From an uncultured Desulfobacteraceae bacterium (GTDB lineage: Bacteria; Desulfobacterota; Desulfobacteria; Desulfobacterales; UBA11574), in contig CAZIIV010000001.1 of the NCBI GenBank assembly GCA_964539365.1, positions 12,637-76,636 of the forward strand: a stretch of DNA of 64,000 nucleotides, in the 5' to 3' direction. The first letter of the stretch is position 1. Every line of letters begins with the position of its first letter. Shown piece after piece: positions 1-9,983 of the stretch. The notes under the pieces were generated by a model. The model did not search any database. It saw nothing but the letters and a program-made list of their open reading frames with translations, and was not told the DNA's origin. The position numbers and the translations under genes are program-made.

Positions 1-19
1 GATTCAGAAAGTCCGTCAA

Positions 20-775
20 GTGATGGATGAACAAGAAAAAATCCCGTTTACCGAACACCTGGAAGAACTCAGAAAACGTCTAATTGTTTGTTTCATAGCC
101 GTGGGTGTGGGTTTTGTTTTGTCCTACGGCTTTAAAGAAAAATTGTTTCAAATTCTGACTCGTCCCCTGATACGCGTCATGCAAACCGGCGACAAGCTTA
201 TCTTCACCGGTCTTCCCGAAGCATTCTTTACTTACCTGAAAGTAGCATTTCTTTCCGGCATCATTCTGGCCGCTCCGGTAATTTTTTATGAGTTCTGGAT
301 GTTTGTCGCACCCGGACTTTATGATAAAGAAAAACGGCTCATGGTTCCCATTGTAGTTCTATCCACGGTTTTCTTTGTTGGCGGTGCATTTTTCGGATAT
401 TTTATTGTATTTCCATACGGTTTTAAGTTTTTTTTAGGATTTGCCTCCGAAATAATACGTCCCCTTCCTTCCATGCGGGAGTATTTGGGGTTTGCCTCGA
501 AATTGTTACTTGCTTTTGGACTTGTTTTTGAACTTCCGTTGATCATTACCTTTCTTGCCAGACTGGGGATGGTCTCCGTAAGTTTTTTAAAGAAAAATAG
601 AAAGTATGCGCTGTTGTTATTTTTTATGGGAGCAGCTATCTTAACGCCTCCGGATGTTGTAACGCAGATCATGATGGCATTGCCTTTGATATTGCTTTAT
701 GAAATAAGTATTATCGGCGCCAGAGTTTTCGGAAAAAAGAACTTTGAAGAGGAGGATAATAACGATAATAAATAG
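20..775 (+). CDS. tatC: Tat (twin-arginine) protein translocase subunit TatC
   Basis: 251-aa polytopic ORF. N-terminal 'FTEHLEELRKRL' and later 'LTPPD' motifs are typical of TatC. Start is ambiguous between GTG(20) and ATG(23). Confidence 0.9.
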   Translation: MMDEQEKIPFTEHLEELRKRLIVCFIAVGVGFVLSYGFKEKLFQILTRPLIRVMQTGDKLIFTGLPEAFFTYLKVAFLSGIILAAPVIFYEFWMFVAPGLYDKEKRLMVPIVVLSTVFFVGGAFFGYFIVFPYGFKFFLGFASEIIRPLPSMREYLGFASKLLLAFGLVFELPLIITFLARLGMVSVSFLKKNRKYALLLFFMGAAILTPPDVVTQIMMALPLILLYEISIIGARVFGKKNFEEEDNNDNK

Positions 776-870
776 AAAATTGAGACAGGTATATTTCAAT
801 CCCACAATAGGGAGAACATGCCGTCGCTACGCTTCACCAAAATCAAATCCGTTCACGCTGCTTTTTATCG

Positions 871-899
871 TTGACAGAGCAACATCCGGTTGATAGATA
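871..899 (+). promoter_or_regulatory. Candidate sigma70-type promoter for the cytochrome c3 gene
   Basis: TTGACA (871-876), 17-nt spacer, TAGATA (894-899), about 47 nt upstream of the GTG start. The -10 matches consensus at only 3/6 positions. Confidence 0.3.
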
Positions 900-945
900 C
901 TTTTGTATCTATTAATTTAATTTTAAAATCTAAAGGAGGGTAAAG

Positions 946-1446
946 GTGTTTAAGAATAAAAGGTATCTCGTAACATCGGTAGTTGCTGTAATCGCTACGC
1001 TGTTTGTCGTAGCCGGAATTTATGCCGGAACCCAAGTAAAAGATGAAATCAAAATGGAAAACAAGGCGTATGCCGAACATACCAAATCTATAGTAACATT
1101 TTCCCACCTCAAGCATTCAAAGGAATACGCGGAACAAAATCCTGATCTTTACAAATCCGGCTGCGGAGAGTGTCATCACGACAAAGACAATAAACCGCTC
1201 ACCAATCTTAAAGAAGGTGATGAGGTACAGAACTGCATTGAATGCCATAAAAAACCCGGAAATATGACAGGAAAGGAAGCAAAGGGGCTGTCAAAGGAGC
1301 AGAAACGCGAATACCATGCCAATGCCATTCATGACAATTGCAAAGGCTGCCATAAAAAGTTCAATAAGGAAAAGAACTTAAAATTTAAAGACCCGGGTGC
1401 GGCGCCGGTAACGTGTACACAGTGCCATCCCAAAGAGAAAGATTAA
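946..1446 (+). CDS. Tetraheme cytochrome c3-family protein with N-terminal signal/anchor
   Basis: Four CxxCH heme-binding motifs (CGECH, CIECH, CKGCH, CTQCH) plus extra His ligands in 166 aa. Hydrophobic N-terminus. GGAGG RBS 8 nt before the GTG start. Confidence 0.85.
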   Translation: MFKNKRYLVTSVVAVIATLFVVAGIYAGTQVKDEIKMENKAYAEHTKSIVTFSHLKHSKEYAEQNPDLYKSGCGECHHDKDNKPLTNLKEGDEVQNCIECHKKPGNMTGKEAKGLSKEQKREYHANAIHDNCKGCHKKFNKEKNLKFKDPGAAPVTCTQCHPKEKD

Positions 1447-1494
1447 ACGGTTCGAAGATTTTATCATATAGGAATATTTAAGGTGATTGTCAGT

Positions 1495-2937
1495 TTAAGA
1501 TGATTGCCCTATTTTTTTGATTTTTTTGTAGGCAACAGCATTACGAACCATGGCTTCGGCCCAGGAAGGCGTGCCCAGGGCATGTATATGGGTATAGGTG
1601 GCCAAAACGTTTTTGTAACAGACACCGTCACGATGATTAATAAAACCGGCGCCTCTGTTCATGTTAAAGGCCAGATCGCTGTCCGTCCCCCGCCATTTTA
1701 AAACCCGCGAATAGTGAAACTCATGCCCTTTAAGTTGGGTCCCGATGTTAAAATACGGATTGGGGTATTCCACGGTTACCACCGTGTATCCGTGTCCCTG
1801 AGGCTTCTTTGAAAATGCAAAGACAACCGGCAGCACCCCGGCCATGGGAAATGATGTTTCATCCAGAACCAGTTCTTCTCCCAGGTACATCAGACCGCCG
1901 CATTCGGCGTATATGGGAAGGCCGTGGTTTGCCAAAGAATTTAATTGTTTTCTGAATGTTACGTTTTGGGTCAGTTGTTGGGCATGGGTTTCAGGAAATC
2001 CGCCGCCGATATAAAGGGCATCTATGGGAGGAATCGTATCGACGGCCAGAGGGCTTATAACTATGGTTTCTGCACCTGCCGCTTCAAGAGCTTCAATATT
2101 TTCCGGATAGTAAAATTGAAAGGCGGAGTCTTTGATGATACCGATTTTTGGCCGTGGTATCGCGCCTGAGTGACGCAAAGATTTCCCTCTATCAAGAATG
2201 TTTTTTTGAAGATCTGCTGAAACAGGAAGTGGGCCGGCATTACCGGCAACCGAGGCCAGGGCTTCAAGATCAAGATACCGGGCGGCGAGTTGAGATGCGG
2301 CTTGGATGGAATCCTTTGCCCAGCCGTGTTCGGGTGTGGGCAACAGTCCCATGTGCCGTTCCGGAAAATTTTGCCAGTCGAGCTTTGGAACCGCACCGAG
2401 TACGGGAATGTCACAGTAGTGTTCAATATTTTTTCGGAGGACTTTTTCATGCCTGGGGCCGGCAACACGATTTAAAATAACCCCTTTAATTTGGGTATCC
2501 GGATCGAATATCATACAGCCAAGCACGGCTGCAGCCATGGTTCGGGTCGATTTCGTACAATCAATGCAAAGAATCACCGGCACTTGCAGCAGTTTCGCCA
2601 GTTCCGCGGTACTGGTGCTCCCTTGGATATCTATCCCGTCGTAAAGCCCCCGGTTTCCTTCTATAACTGCGATATCTCCTTTGATGGAATGTAAGAAAAA
2701 GGATTCAAGGATAAGCTCTTTTTGGGTCAGGAAGGTGTCGAGGTTGTAGCAGGGCCGGCCGGCCGCAAGGGCGAGCCAGCCCGCATCAATGTAGTCAGGA
2801 CCTTTTTTAAACGGTGTTATCTTTCTGCCGAACGATTTCCATGCTGCAGTGATTCCGATCGACAGTATGGTCTTACCCGATCCTCCCCGCAGGGCCGCAA
2901 TTAAAATTCTGGGAAAATCCATAGGTTCCTGCTGCAA
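1495..2937 (-). CDS. dsrN: Cobyrinic acid a,c-diamide synthase-family amidase (DsrN, siroheme amidation)
   Basis: 480 aa with an N-terminal CobQ/CobB/MinD-type P-loop 'RGGSGKT' and a C-terminal glutamine amidotransferase domain ('AECGGLMYL'). Lies immediately downstream of dsrABD on the same strand. Confidence 0.85.
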   Translation of the reverse strand: MQQEPMDFPRILIAALRGGSGKTILSIGITAAWKSFGRKITPFKKGPDYIDAGWLALAAGRPCYNLDTFLTQKELILESFFLHSIKGDIAVIEGNRGLYDGIDIQGSTSTAELAKLLQVPVILCIDCTKSTRTMAAAVLGCMIFDPDTQIKGVILNRVAGPRHEKVLRKNIEHYCDIPVLGAVPKLDWQNFPERHMGLLPTPEHGWAKDSIQAASQLAARYLDLEALASVAGNAGPLPVSADLQKNILDRGKSLRHSGAIPRPKIGIIKDSAFQFYYPENIEALEAAGAETIVISPLAVDTIPPIDALYIGGGFPETHAQQLTQNVTFRKQLNSLANHGLPIYAECGGLMYLGEELVLDETSFPMAGVLPVVFAFSKKPQGHGYTVVTVEYPNPYFNIGTQLKGHEFHYSRVLKWRGTDSDLAFNMNRGAGFINHRDGVCYKNVLATYTHIHALGTPSWAEAMVRNAVAYKKIKKIGQSS

Positions 2938-3001
2938 AGGAGGTTCTTAAATTGAAATATTTTCCGGATCGCTCTTTTTTTTAATACAAAAAATATTTCT
3001 A

Positions 3002-3241
3002 TTAATCTTCGTGCTCGCTATGCGCTTGCTTGCCCGTACCTTTAAGCCCATATAATGAAGTGCTCCCGCTGGACCAGTATTCGAGGATTTCCTCTTGTAT
3101 CATTTGGTTAATCAGCTTTTTGGCGACTCTGGGCTTTTCACCGAGTATTTTCGCAAGGTCGTTAAAATAAAATTTGGATTTTACTTTTTGCTTTTTTGTA
3201 AGCCCTTCTACAATTTTTTGTTTTGCTTCTTCGTATTCCAT
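3002..3241 (-). CDS. dsrD: DsrD, small winged-helix protein of the dissimilatory sulfite reductase operon
   Basis: 79-aa Lys-rich ORF ('KFYFNDLAK...EEILEYWSSGSTSLYGLKG') directly after dsrB. Size, sequence and position match DsrD. Confidence 0.85.
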   Translation of the reverse strand: MEYEEAKQKIVEGLTKKQKVKSKFYFNDLAKILGEKPRVAKKLINQMIQEEILEYWSSGSTSLYGLKGTGKQAHSEHED

Positions 3242-3306
3242 TATTAAGCCCCTTTTTAAAATACAGGGGGTACTCTAAATGTTACCCCCTGCGGGTGTAT
3301 TCGCGC

Positions 3307-4455
3307 TTAGAACTTAAAGTTCGATGTCTGACGCCAGGTAAAATAGGCCGGATCACGGAAATCATCGATAAGATGGTGTGTGAACTCGAGTTCACACTTC
3401 TCAAAAAATCTTTCCCACCCGATCCGTTCCGCCCATTCACCCAGACGTTCATACTTGTTGGCATCCGCTGCGTAGGCTTCTACGATTCTCTGGATCGTAT
3501 CCGTCATCGAGGGCCATCGCGGCATTTCGTTGGGGATAAAGGCAACAACAACCTTGGAGAACTTTGGAGCGCTGATGCGGTTGGAGACCTTTCCGCCTGC
3601 CATGAGAACGATACCGTCGCCCACATCATCGGCCAGGGGCATTGCGGGACACATGGTGTAACAGTTCCCGCAGAACATACACCGGGGCTCGTTTACGGAA
3701 ACACTTTTTACCTCTTTTCCATCGGGCAGTGTAATCTTGGCCGGTTTGATGGCGGCCGTAGGACAGGCAGCGATTGCCAGCGGAATTTCGCACATTTTGT
3801 CCATATATTCGTGATCCAGCATGGGTGGCTTGCGATGATATCCCAGAATGGCGATATCCGAGCAATGGACGGCGCCGCACATGTTCAGACAGCAGGCCAT
3901 GGAGACCCGGAGCTGGGCCGGCAGGCGCATATTGGTGAAATCATCAAAAAGCACATCCAGGGTCGCTTTTACCGTACCGGATGCATCTGTTGCCGGTGTG
4001 TGACAGTGGATCCAGCCCTGGGTATGGACAATGTTGGTAACTCCGGCGCCGGTACCCCCGATGGGGAACTTGTAACAGCCGCCGGCCTGCTTGCGGCTCA
4101 AAAGATCCTGCTTTAACGGCTCTACTTTTTCCTTGCTGTCCACCATAAACTCAATGTTATTGCGTGTAGTGAATCTGAGATGTCCGCCACAATGTTTGTC
4201 CGCGATTTCGCAGATTTCACGGATATGGGATACGCTCATAAGACGGCACCCGCCACATCTTATGGTGTAAACTTCGTCGCCGGATTCGGCCACATGGACC
4301 AGAACGCCGGGTTCCAGAATTTCATGATACAGCCATTTACCCTTGTTCTTTGCAATTACGGGAGGGTAAAATTCGTCAAATTTTCTTGGGCCGATGTCGG
4401 TGATTCTGTTTGCCATCGGTTTGTCAGGATTGTAACCTGAAGATATAAATGCCAT
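3307..4455 (-). CDS. dsrB: Dissimilatory sulfite reductase beta subunit
   Basis: 382 aa with nitrite/sulfite reductase 4Fe-4S and ferredoxin-insert Cys clusters ('CPTAAIKP', '[12 protein letters not shown]'). Starts 12 nt downstream of dsrA. Confidence 0.93.
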   Translation of the reverse strand: MAFISSGYNPDKPMANRITDIGPRKFDEFYPPVIAKNKGKWLYHEILEPGVLVHVAESGDEVYTIRCGGCRLMSVSHIREICEIADKHCGGHLRFTTRNNIEFMVDSKEKVEPLKQDLLSRKQAGGCYKFPIGGTGAGVTNIVHTQGWIHCHTPATDASGTVKATLDVLFDDFTNMRLPAQLRVSMACCLNMCGAVHCSDIAILGYHRKPPMLDHEYMDKMCEIPLAIAACPTAAIKPAKITLPDGKEVKSVSVNEPRCMFCGNCYTMCPAMPLADDVGDGIVLMAGGKVSNRISAPKFSKVVVAFIPNEMPRWPSMTDTIQRIVEAYAADANKYERLGEWAERIGWERFFEKCELEFTHHLIDDFRDPAYFTWRQTSNFKF

Positions 4456-4467
4456 AGTTGTTCCCCC

Positions 4468-5784
4468 CTATCTTTGATGATATTTTCTGAATTCGTTAAT
4501 ATCACGATCAAATCCGCCTTCAACTTCATCTTCTTTCCAGAAAATATACGGATTGGTGCGTGGTTCCTGGACCATTCGCGGATCCGGCTTGAATCCCGTC
4601 ACCTCAAGCAGTTTCTGGAATCCCTGGCGCTTCATGAGCTCGCCAAGCCGTTCGCGGTTTTTTCCTTCTTCCATCCACCAGTCCCAGATGGGCTCGATGA
4701 CGGTCTCCTTGATTTCATCGTAAGGTTCTTCCACCTTAATAAACGGAACGATAAGAGACCCCATTTGCGCACCGTCAAGAATCGGGGCCTTTGCTCCGGC
4801 AAAGATCGAACACCCAGTATCATTACCGATTCTCAATGCTCTGGGCATGACGTTGATACAGTGCATACATCGATAACATTCCGGAGTGTTGATTTCCAAC
4901 TTACCGTTTTCATATCTCATACAGCCGGTGGGACAAAGATCGATCACTTCTTTCTGGATGTCAAACGGCCCCCAATCCCGTCCGGCATGAGCGCCGCCGT
5001 TGGGAGGAAGTTCACCGTTAACATAAGCCTGAACCGCTTCCTGATCTATTTTGATATCATCTCGCCAGGTGCCGACAAAGGCCAGGTCCGCCCGTGCAAT
5101 GGATGCAACGCAGCAGTTGGGGCACCCGTCAAATTTAAATTTAAACTTGTAGGGAAATGCCGGCCGATGAAGCTCGTCCTGGTATTCAACGGTGAGATCA
5201 TGGCAGATTGCCTGGGTGTCGAAGCAAGCCCATTCACAACGTGCCGCGCCGATACAATCGGAAGGTGTTCTCAGGTTTGACCCGGAACCGCCCAGATCCT
5301 GATTCAGATTATGTCCCAATTCCCAGAAGACCTCTTCAAGCTGAGGCGTCGTGGTGCCCAGGAAGATAATATCTCCTGTTGACCCATGCATATTGGTAAG
5401 TCCGCTTCCCCGTCGCTCCCAGAGATCGCAAATCTCTTCAAGGTATTTGGTGGTATAAAATTTGCCGGCAGGCTGGGATACACGCATGGTATGAAAATGG
5501 GCAACGCCCGGAAACATTTCGGGCTGGTCGCAGTATCTGCCGATGACACCGCCTCCGTAGCCGAATACCCCGACGATGCCGCCATGTTTCCAGTGGGTGC
5601 GGCCGTGCTTGAAGGAAAGTTCAAGACACCCCAAAAGATCGTCACAACAATCCTGAGGAATCTGGTATTCAATGTTTCTTTCATTCTTTGCCCTTGATTC
5701 AGCCTCCCGCTTGATGTCGGTCACAAAACTTGGCCATGGACCGGTCTCCAGCTGATCCAACAAAGGGGTTTCATGTTTTGCCAT
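4468..5784 (-). CDS. dsrA: Dissimilatory sulfite reductase alpha subunit
   Basis: 438 aa. N-terminal 'ETPLLDQLETGPWPSFV', siroheme/FeS Cys motifs ('CPNCC', 'CMHCINVMP') and the dsrAB tandem arrangement. Confidence 0.93.
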   Translation of the reverse strand: MAKHETPLLDQLETGPWPSFVTDIKREAESRAKNERNIEYQIPQDCCDDLLGCLELSFKHGRTHWKHGGIVGVFGYGGGVIGRYCDQPEMFPGVAHFHTMRVSQPAGKFYTTKYLEEICDLWERRGSGLTNMHGSTGDIIFLGTTTPQLEEVFWELGHNLNQDLGGSGSNLRTPSDCIGAARCEWACFDTQAICHDLTVEYQDELHRPAFPYKFKFKFDGCPNCCVASIARADLAFVGTWRDDIKIDQEAVQAYVNGELPPNGGAHAGRDWGPFDIQKEVIDLCPTGCMRYENGKLEINTPECYRCMHCINVMPRALRIGNDTGCSIFAGAKAPILDGAQMGSLIVPFIKVEEPYDEIKETVIEPIWDWWMEEGKNRERLGELMKRQGFQKLLEVTGFKPDPRMVQEPRTNPYIFWKEDEVEGGFDRDINEFRKYHQR

Positions 5785-5966
5785 TGTATTACCTCCATTC
5801 TAAATTCAAAATTAACCAACTTGAGTAAAAAAAAATTCACCGTCCCCCTTCAGGGGCAGTAAGAGTCACCTCCTCTCATGATTCTTTTATTTTTTTTAGT
5901 TTTATCGTTAACGGTTTTTGCCTTAAAACTTTGAGCCTTCAAAGAAGCAGAAAGAACCAAATAGAT

Positions 5967-5995
5967 CCTATAGAATTAATATTGGTCCTTGTCAA
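5967..5995 (-). promoter_or_regulatory. Candidate sigma70-type promoter for dsrA
   Basis: On the minus strand: TTGACA (5995-5990), 17-nt spacer, TATAGG (5972-5967). This implies a 5' UTR of roughly 175 nt. By-eye match only. Confidence 0.35.
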
Positions 5996-6101
5996 TAAAA
6001 AACCATGGTTTCACAAGGTTAAAAAAAAAATATTCGGAAACTGCCCCAATACTTTTTTTGAGCCGTCTTTTTTTAATAAAGTGTTATGATTTTAAGTGGT
6101 T

Positions 6102-7286
6102 TTAAGGATATTCTTTGTAATGCTGAATTGCATAATACAGATCCTCAACGTGCTGTGTAAGATGTTGATTGATCACAGGAACCTCCGGAGCCTGTGAATG
6201 ATATGTCTGAGCAATGGAGCGGTTCAAATCGAGCAGCTCCGCCCGACTGCACGACAACAGATTTTTCTGGAAACAATAGGCCAAGGGTTTGTCAAACTCA
6301 CTGATCTGTGGTTTTAAAGTCAGTCCTTCAAAAAAGCCTTTTAGAATTCCTTTAACGGCAATATCGTCAGACCATACGATTTCTCCGACACCGTTCAAAC
6401 GGTCCAGGCGCATTCTGATTGCAAGATTTAAAAAAAACACCAGCAATGCCTCCAGTATTATATTGGCATCCAAACGTTTATCTTCACTCCCGCTGTTGTT
6501 TTCAAACAGGGGTCTGTACTGTCTCACGGTAATGAGTTTTAAGTCGATCCTGTTGTTCTCACATTTTAAGACAAAATCTCCGGCCGCATGATGCCAGGAG
6601 AATATATGCTCATAGGTTTTGACGTTGTAGTAACGGGTCAGAATGCTTGCGGCATGTCGGTAAAGGTTTGTGGCTTGGTCATCGGTAAGGAAATAGTTGC
6701 CGTGCTCATGATCCCAGACTAAAATTTTATGTTTTTCATCTGCCGGATCAAGGGAAATGTGAAACTCATTAAATCCGTGGAACCATTCTCCTAAAAACAT
6801 TCCGATTTCATCACCGGTAACAGAGACACAGCCCTGGCCGAAAACTTTGGGCAGAAATGAAAACGGGAAATTTTCATCGAGCTGTTTCAACAGGCGATAT
6901 TCTCTTTGAATACAATGTTTACCCGAATCGGAAATCGCTACGTTCAAAACAAAAGGAATGACGGTCCCGTGTAAAATGGTTTCAATCCGGGCCGGATGAT
7001 AAAATTCACCGTGTTTTTCGAGAAAGATATTTATTTCCTGGATTTCTTGAGAGGTTACCTCTCGATGCATTTGTTGTGAGAGCGCACGAGCAATGATTTC
7101 AGATCGGTCCTTTTCCAGAAAATAGCGAGCCGCGGTAAAATAATCTCCATAGCTTACACAAATACCGGAATCATTGGACCGTTGTTGTCTGTTAACGGGA
7201 AGGAGGGTGTTCCATATCCGGGTGTCTTTTTGAACAGGATTTTTTTTGTTCGATAAAAAATACTTGAATGCGGGTGCGTTAGGCAT
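6102..7286 (-). CDS. Hypothetical protein (possible kinase-like / aminoglycoside-phosphotransferase-like fold)
   Basis: 394-aa ORF with no competing frame. The 'HHAAGDFVL...DLKLITV' region loosely resembles the catalytic loop of APH/choline-kinase-type folds. No confident family assignment. Confidence 0.6.
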   Translation of the reverse strand: MPNAPAFKYFLSNKKNPVQKDTRIWNTLLPVNRQQRSNDSGICVSYGDYFTAARYFLEKDRSEIIARALSQQMHREVTSQEIQEINIFLEKHGEFYHPARIETILHGTVIPFVLNVAISDSGKHCIQREYRLLKQLDENFPFSFLPKVFGQGCVSVTGDEIGMFLGEWFHGFNEFHISLDPADEKHKILVWDHEHGNYFLTDDQATNLYRHAASILTRYYNVKTYEHIFSWHHAAGDFVLKCENNRIDLKLITVRQYRPLFENNSGSEDKRLDANIILEALLVFFLNLAIRMRLDRLNGVGEIVWSDDIAVKGILKGFFEGLTLKPQISEFDKPLAYCFQKNLLSCSRAELLDLNRSIAQTYHSQAPEVPVINQHLTQHVEDLYYAIQHYKEYP

Positions 7287-7319
7287 GGCTTGGGTTTTGG
7301 TTAGGAAAAAGACAACATC

Positions 7320-7952
7320 TTAACCGAGTTTTTTCCGAACGGCCTGGATTTCTTTCAATAGTTCTGGGGCCGCTTCATAACCGAGTTCAACCGCTTTATT
7401 CACATGTTTAATTGCCAAGTCATATTTACCCTTTTCAAGATAAACAATTGCCAGATTGTTGTGGGCCACTGCAAAGGCCGGCTCGATTTCCAAAGCCTTG
7501 AGGTTGGTTTCGATACTTTCTTCAATCAGCCCTTTCATTAAGTAAGCATTTGCCAGTGTGGCATATGCCTGCAAGAAGTTGGGGTTCCATCGTATTGCTT
7601 TTTGAAGCATCCGGATGGCGTCGTCAATTTCTCCTTTTTGCAGATGCACAAATCCGATGTTGCCGTAGCCTTCGGCAAATCCCGCCCGAGCCTTGACCGC
7701 CTGCTGGTTGTATGCCATACAGCCGTCAAGATCATCCCGTTGCAGGCAAATCCCTCCGAGCTGCACATACGCTTCAGCCAGGTTCGGGCTGCAATGGATA
7801 GCGGCAAAAAGCTCTTTTTCTGCTTCATCATATTTTTTTTGGCCTAACAGACCGACTGCAAGATTGTAATGGGATACGCCGCACTCCGGATTTCCGGCGA
7901 TGGCCAGGCGCTGGCGAGCGATAAATTCTTCAACGTTTTTTGCTTGCGTCAT
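7320..7952 (-). CDS. Tetratricopeptide (TPR) repeat protein
   Basis: 210 aa of consecutive 34-residue repeats with the TPR pattern ('AEAYVQLG', 'AEGYGNIGFV', 'LQAYATLANAY', 'AVAHNNLAIVY'). Confidence 0.8.
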   Translation of the reverse strand: MTQAKNVEEFIARQRLAIAGNPECGVSHYNLAVGLLGQKKYDEAEKELFAAIHCSPNLAEAYVQLGGICLQRDDLDGCMAYNQQAVKARAGFAEGYGNIGFVHLQKGEIDDAIRMLQKAIRWNPNFLQAYATLANAYLMKGLIEESIETNLKALEIEPAFAVAHNNLAIVYLEKGKYDLAIKHVNKAVELGYEAAPELLKEIQAVRKKLG

Positions 7953-8105
7953 GAGTTATCCATTAGATAAATTTTAATTTTTTTGTTAATCGGTTAACGA
8001 AAACCGCTTGATAATTAAAAGATTTAAAACATTTCAAATGTAAGGAACGTATGTCAGCCATTATGGGTTGTCAAGAAAAAACAGGTGGAGAGGGGCACAA
8101 GACTA

Positions 8106-8134
8106 TTGACAGGGCATAACCATTGTAATATAAA
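8106..8134 (+). promoter_or_regulatory. Candidate sigma70-type promoter
   Basis: TTGACA (8106-8111), 17-nt spacer, TATAAA (8129-8134), 78 nt upstream of the 8212 ORF. Confidence 0.45.
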
Positions 8135-8211
8135 AACCGATCCTAATTGTGTGTTCAAGAAAAAGAAGCTTTTTTTACTAATATTTAGAAAATTATCAAC
8201 AGGAGGTACTC

Positions 8212-8544
8212 ATGGCGGATTTTTATATTAATGTTTTTTTGGATGACGAGAAAACCAAAATGATTGAGGATGCGGGTTTGGCCGACCAGATTACTGAAAT
8301 CGACGGTAAAAGGGCGATTCAGGTGGGCATGACCAAAAAAGAACAAAAGAAACTCCTTAAAAGTTTTGAGGAGTTAACCTTCGACGATTCAAATGCATGT
8401 GTTCTTCCGGAAGCCGGGGAGAAGACTTTGATGGATATTATTTCGCAAACACAGACCCTTGACTGTATGAAGGTGGCAATTATAAAACTTTATAATCCCC
8501 TTGCCGGACGGGGGATATCCGGAAGAGGCTCATCGGGCCGATAG
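8212..8544 (+). CDS. Hypothetical protein
   Basis: 110-aa ORF with an AGGAGG RBS 6 nt upstream. Gly/Arg-rich tail 'GRGISGRGSSGR'. No recognised domain. Confidence 0.5.
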   Translation: MADFYINVFLDDEKTKMIEDAGLADQITEIDGKRAIQVGMTKKEQKKLLKSFEELTFDDSNACVLPEAGEKTLMDIISQTQTLDCMKVAIIKLYNPLAGRGISGRGSSGR

Positions 8545-8884
8545 AGTCTCTCGGGTATAACGCACTATCATCGAGCCCCTTGAAACCATTCAATTTTGTT
8601 GCCATAATTCGGAACCGGACAAAAATCGCGACAAAAACAATGTTTTTCAAGGGTCTCGTACCCGCCAATTTTTAATTTCGTCTTCGACTTTCCGTTTTAA
8701 ATCGATTTTGAGACGCCCTATCCTTTTTCTATAAATTTCGGTTTGTCTTATTACCCTGTTTCCAGAGATAACCGAGTTTTCCCTTGACATAACCTCTGAC
8801 TTTATTTAACTTTTCCGTATACACCGGTATGGAATATATGAGCTTATTACTCACAGGAACACTTTCTGCTAAAAGGGGGAATTT

Positions 8885-9919
8885 ATGCTCGCAGGATGTT
8901 TTACGGCAATTGTTACACCGTTTAAAAACGACACCGTTGATTATGAAGGTCTTGGAAGGCTTTCGGAATTCCAGATAAAAAACGGGATAACCGGAATCCT
9001 GGCTGTCGGGACTACCGGAGAGAGCCCTGTTTTAAACTGGGATGAACACAATCGAGTCGTTGAGATGGTTGCAGAAAAATCAAAGGATAAATGTATCTGC
9101 ATTGCAGGTGCAGGGAGCAACAACACAAAAGAGTCGTTGGAAGGAACAAAGCATGCGGTTACGGTCGGTGCTGATGCGGTTTTGCTGGTAGATCCATACT
9201 ATAACGGGCCCAGTTCCCTTGAAATACGCAGGGAATACATCGCCCCTGTTGCCGAAGCAGCCCCGGATATTGAGATTATCCCTTATGTAATCCCCGGCAG
9301 AACCGGCGCTCAACTTTTACCCGAGGACCTTGCTATCCTTAACAAGACCTATAAAAATGTTAATACGGTCAAAGAAGCCACGGCTAATCTTGAAAATATG
9401 CGCAACACAAGAAAGTGTTGCGGGCCTGATTTTACCATACTTTCCGGTGATGATGGGATGACCGTTAAAATGATGCTCGATCCTCAGATCAAGGCTTCCG
9501 GCGTTATTTCGGTTGCTTCAAACGTTGCTCCCGGTCCCATCACTGAAATGGTTCGACTGCTCGAACAGGGTAAAGAGAGAGACGCCCAAAAGCTGTTGAC
9601 GGCGCTGGAACCCCTTTTTGGCCTGGTTACAGTTAAGACTATGGAGCAAACACCTTACGGAGAAGTGGTATGCCGGGCCAGAAACCCACTGGGCTTCAAA
9701 ACATTGATGTCGATTTTGGGAATGCCTTCCGGTGGATGCAGACAACCTCTTGGAAAAATGACACGAAACGGACTTGAGACCGTTCTTTCGGCGGCGCGTA
9801 AAGTACAGGCCGACACTCCCGAAATATTTAAGCCGGTTGCGGAATTTTTCAATATCGATATTGAACAGCGGTTGAACAATTCTTCGAGTTGGGAGGGCCT
9901 TTTTTACGAGGAATATTAA
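8885..9919 (+). CDS. dapA: Dihydrodipicolinate synthase-family (DapA/NAL) class I aldolase with C-terminal extension
   Basis: 'AIVTPF', 'GTTGE' and the Schiff-base Lys context 'VNTVKEAT' are typical of the DapA family. 344 aa, compared with about 290 aa for the archetype. Confidence 0.8.
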   Translation: MLAGCFTAIVTPFKNDTVDYEGLGRLSEFQIKNGITGILAVGTTGESPVLNWDEHNRVVEMVAEKSKDKCICIAGAGSNNTKESLEGTKHAVTVGADAVLLVDPYYNGPSSLEIRREYIAPVAEAAPDIEIIPYVIPGRTGAQLLPEDLAILNKTYKNVNTVKEATANLENMRNTRKCCGPDFTILSGDDGMTVKMMLDPQIKASGVISVASNVAPGPITEMVRLLEQGKERDAQKLLTALEPLFGLVTVKTMEQTPYGEVVCRARNPLGFKTLMSILGMPSGGCRQPLGKMTRNGLETVLSAARKVQADTPEIFKPVAEFFNIDIEQRLNNSSSWEGLFYEEY

Positions 9920-9983
9920 TGTCATCTATTTTGGTGCCGGATACCCGCATGTCAATCATCGGGTATCCGGCATCAAGTTTTTT

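Noticed and set aside
3223-5280. Long plus-strand ORFs (3223-4116, 297 aa; 4474-5280, 268 aa) opposite dsrB and dsrA
   Set aside because: They lie wholly antisense to strongly supported dsrAB coding frames. They have low-complexity, Arg/Gly/His-rich composition, no RBS and no recognisable motifs. They are shadow ORFs.
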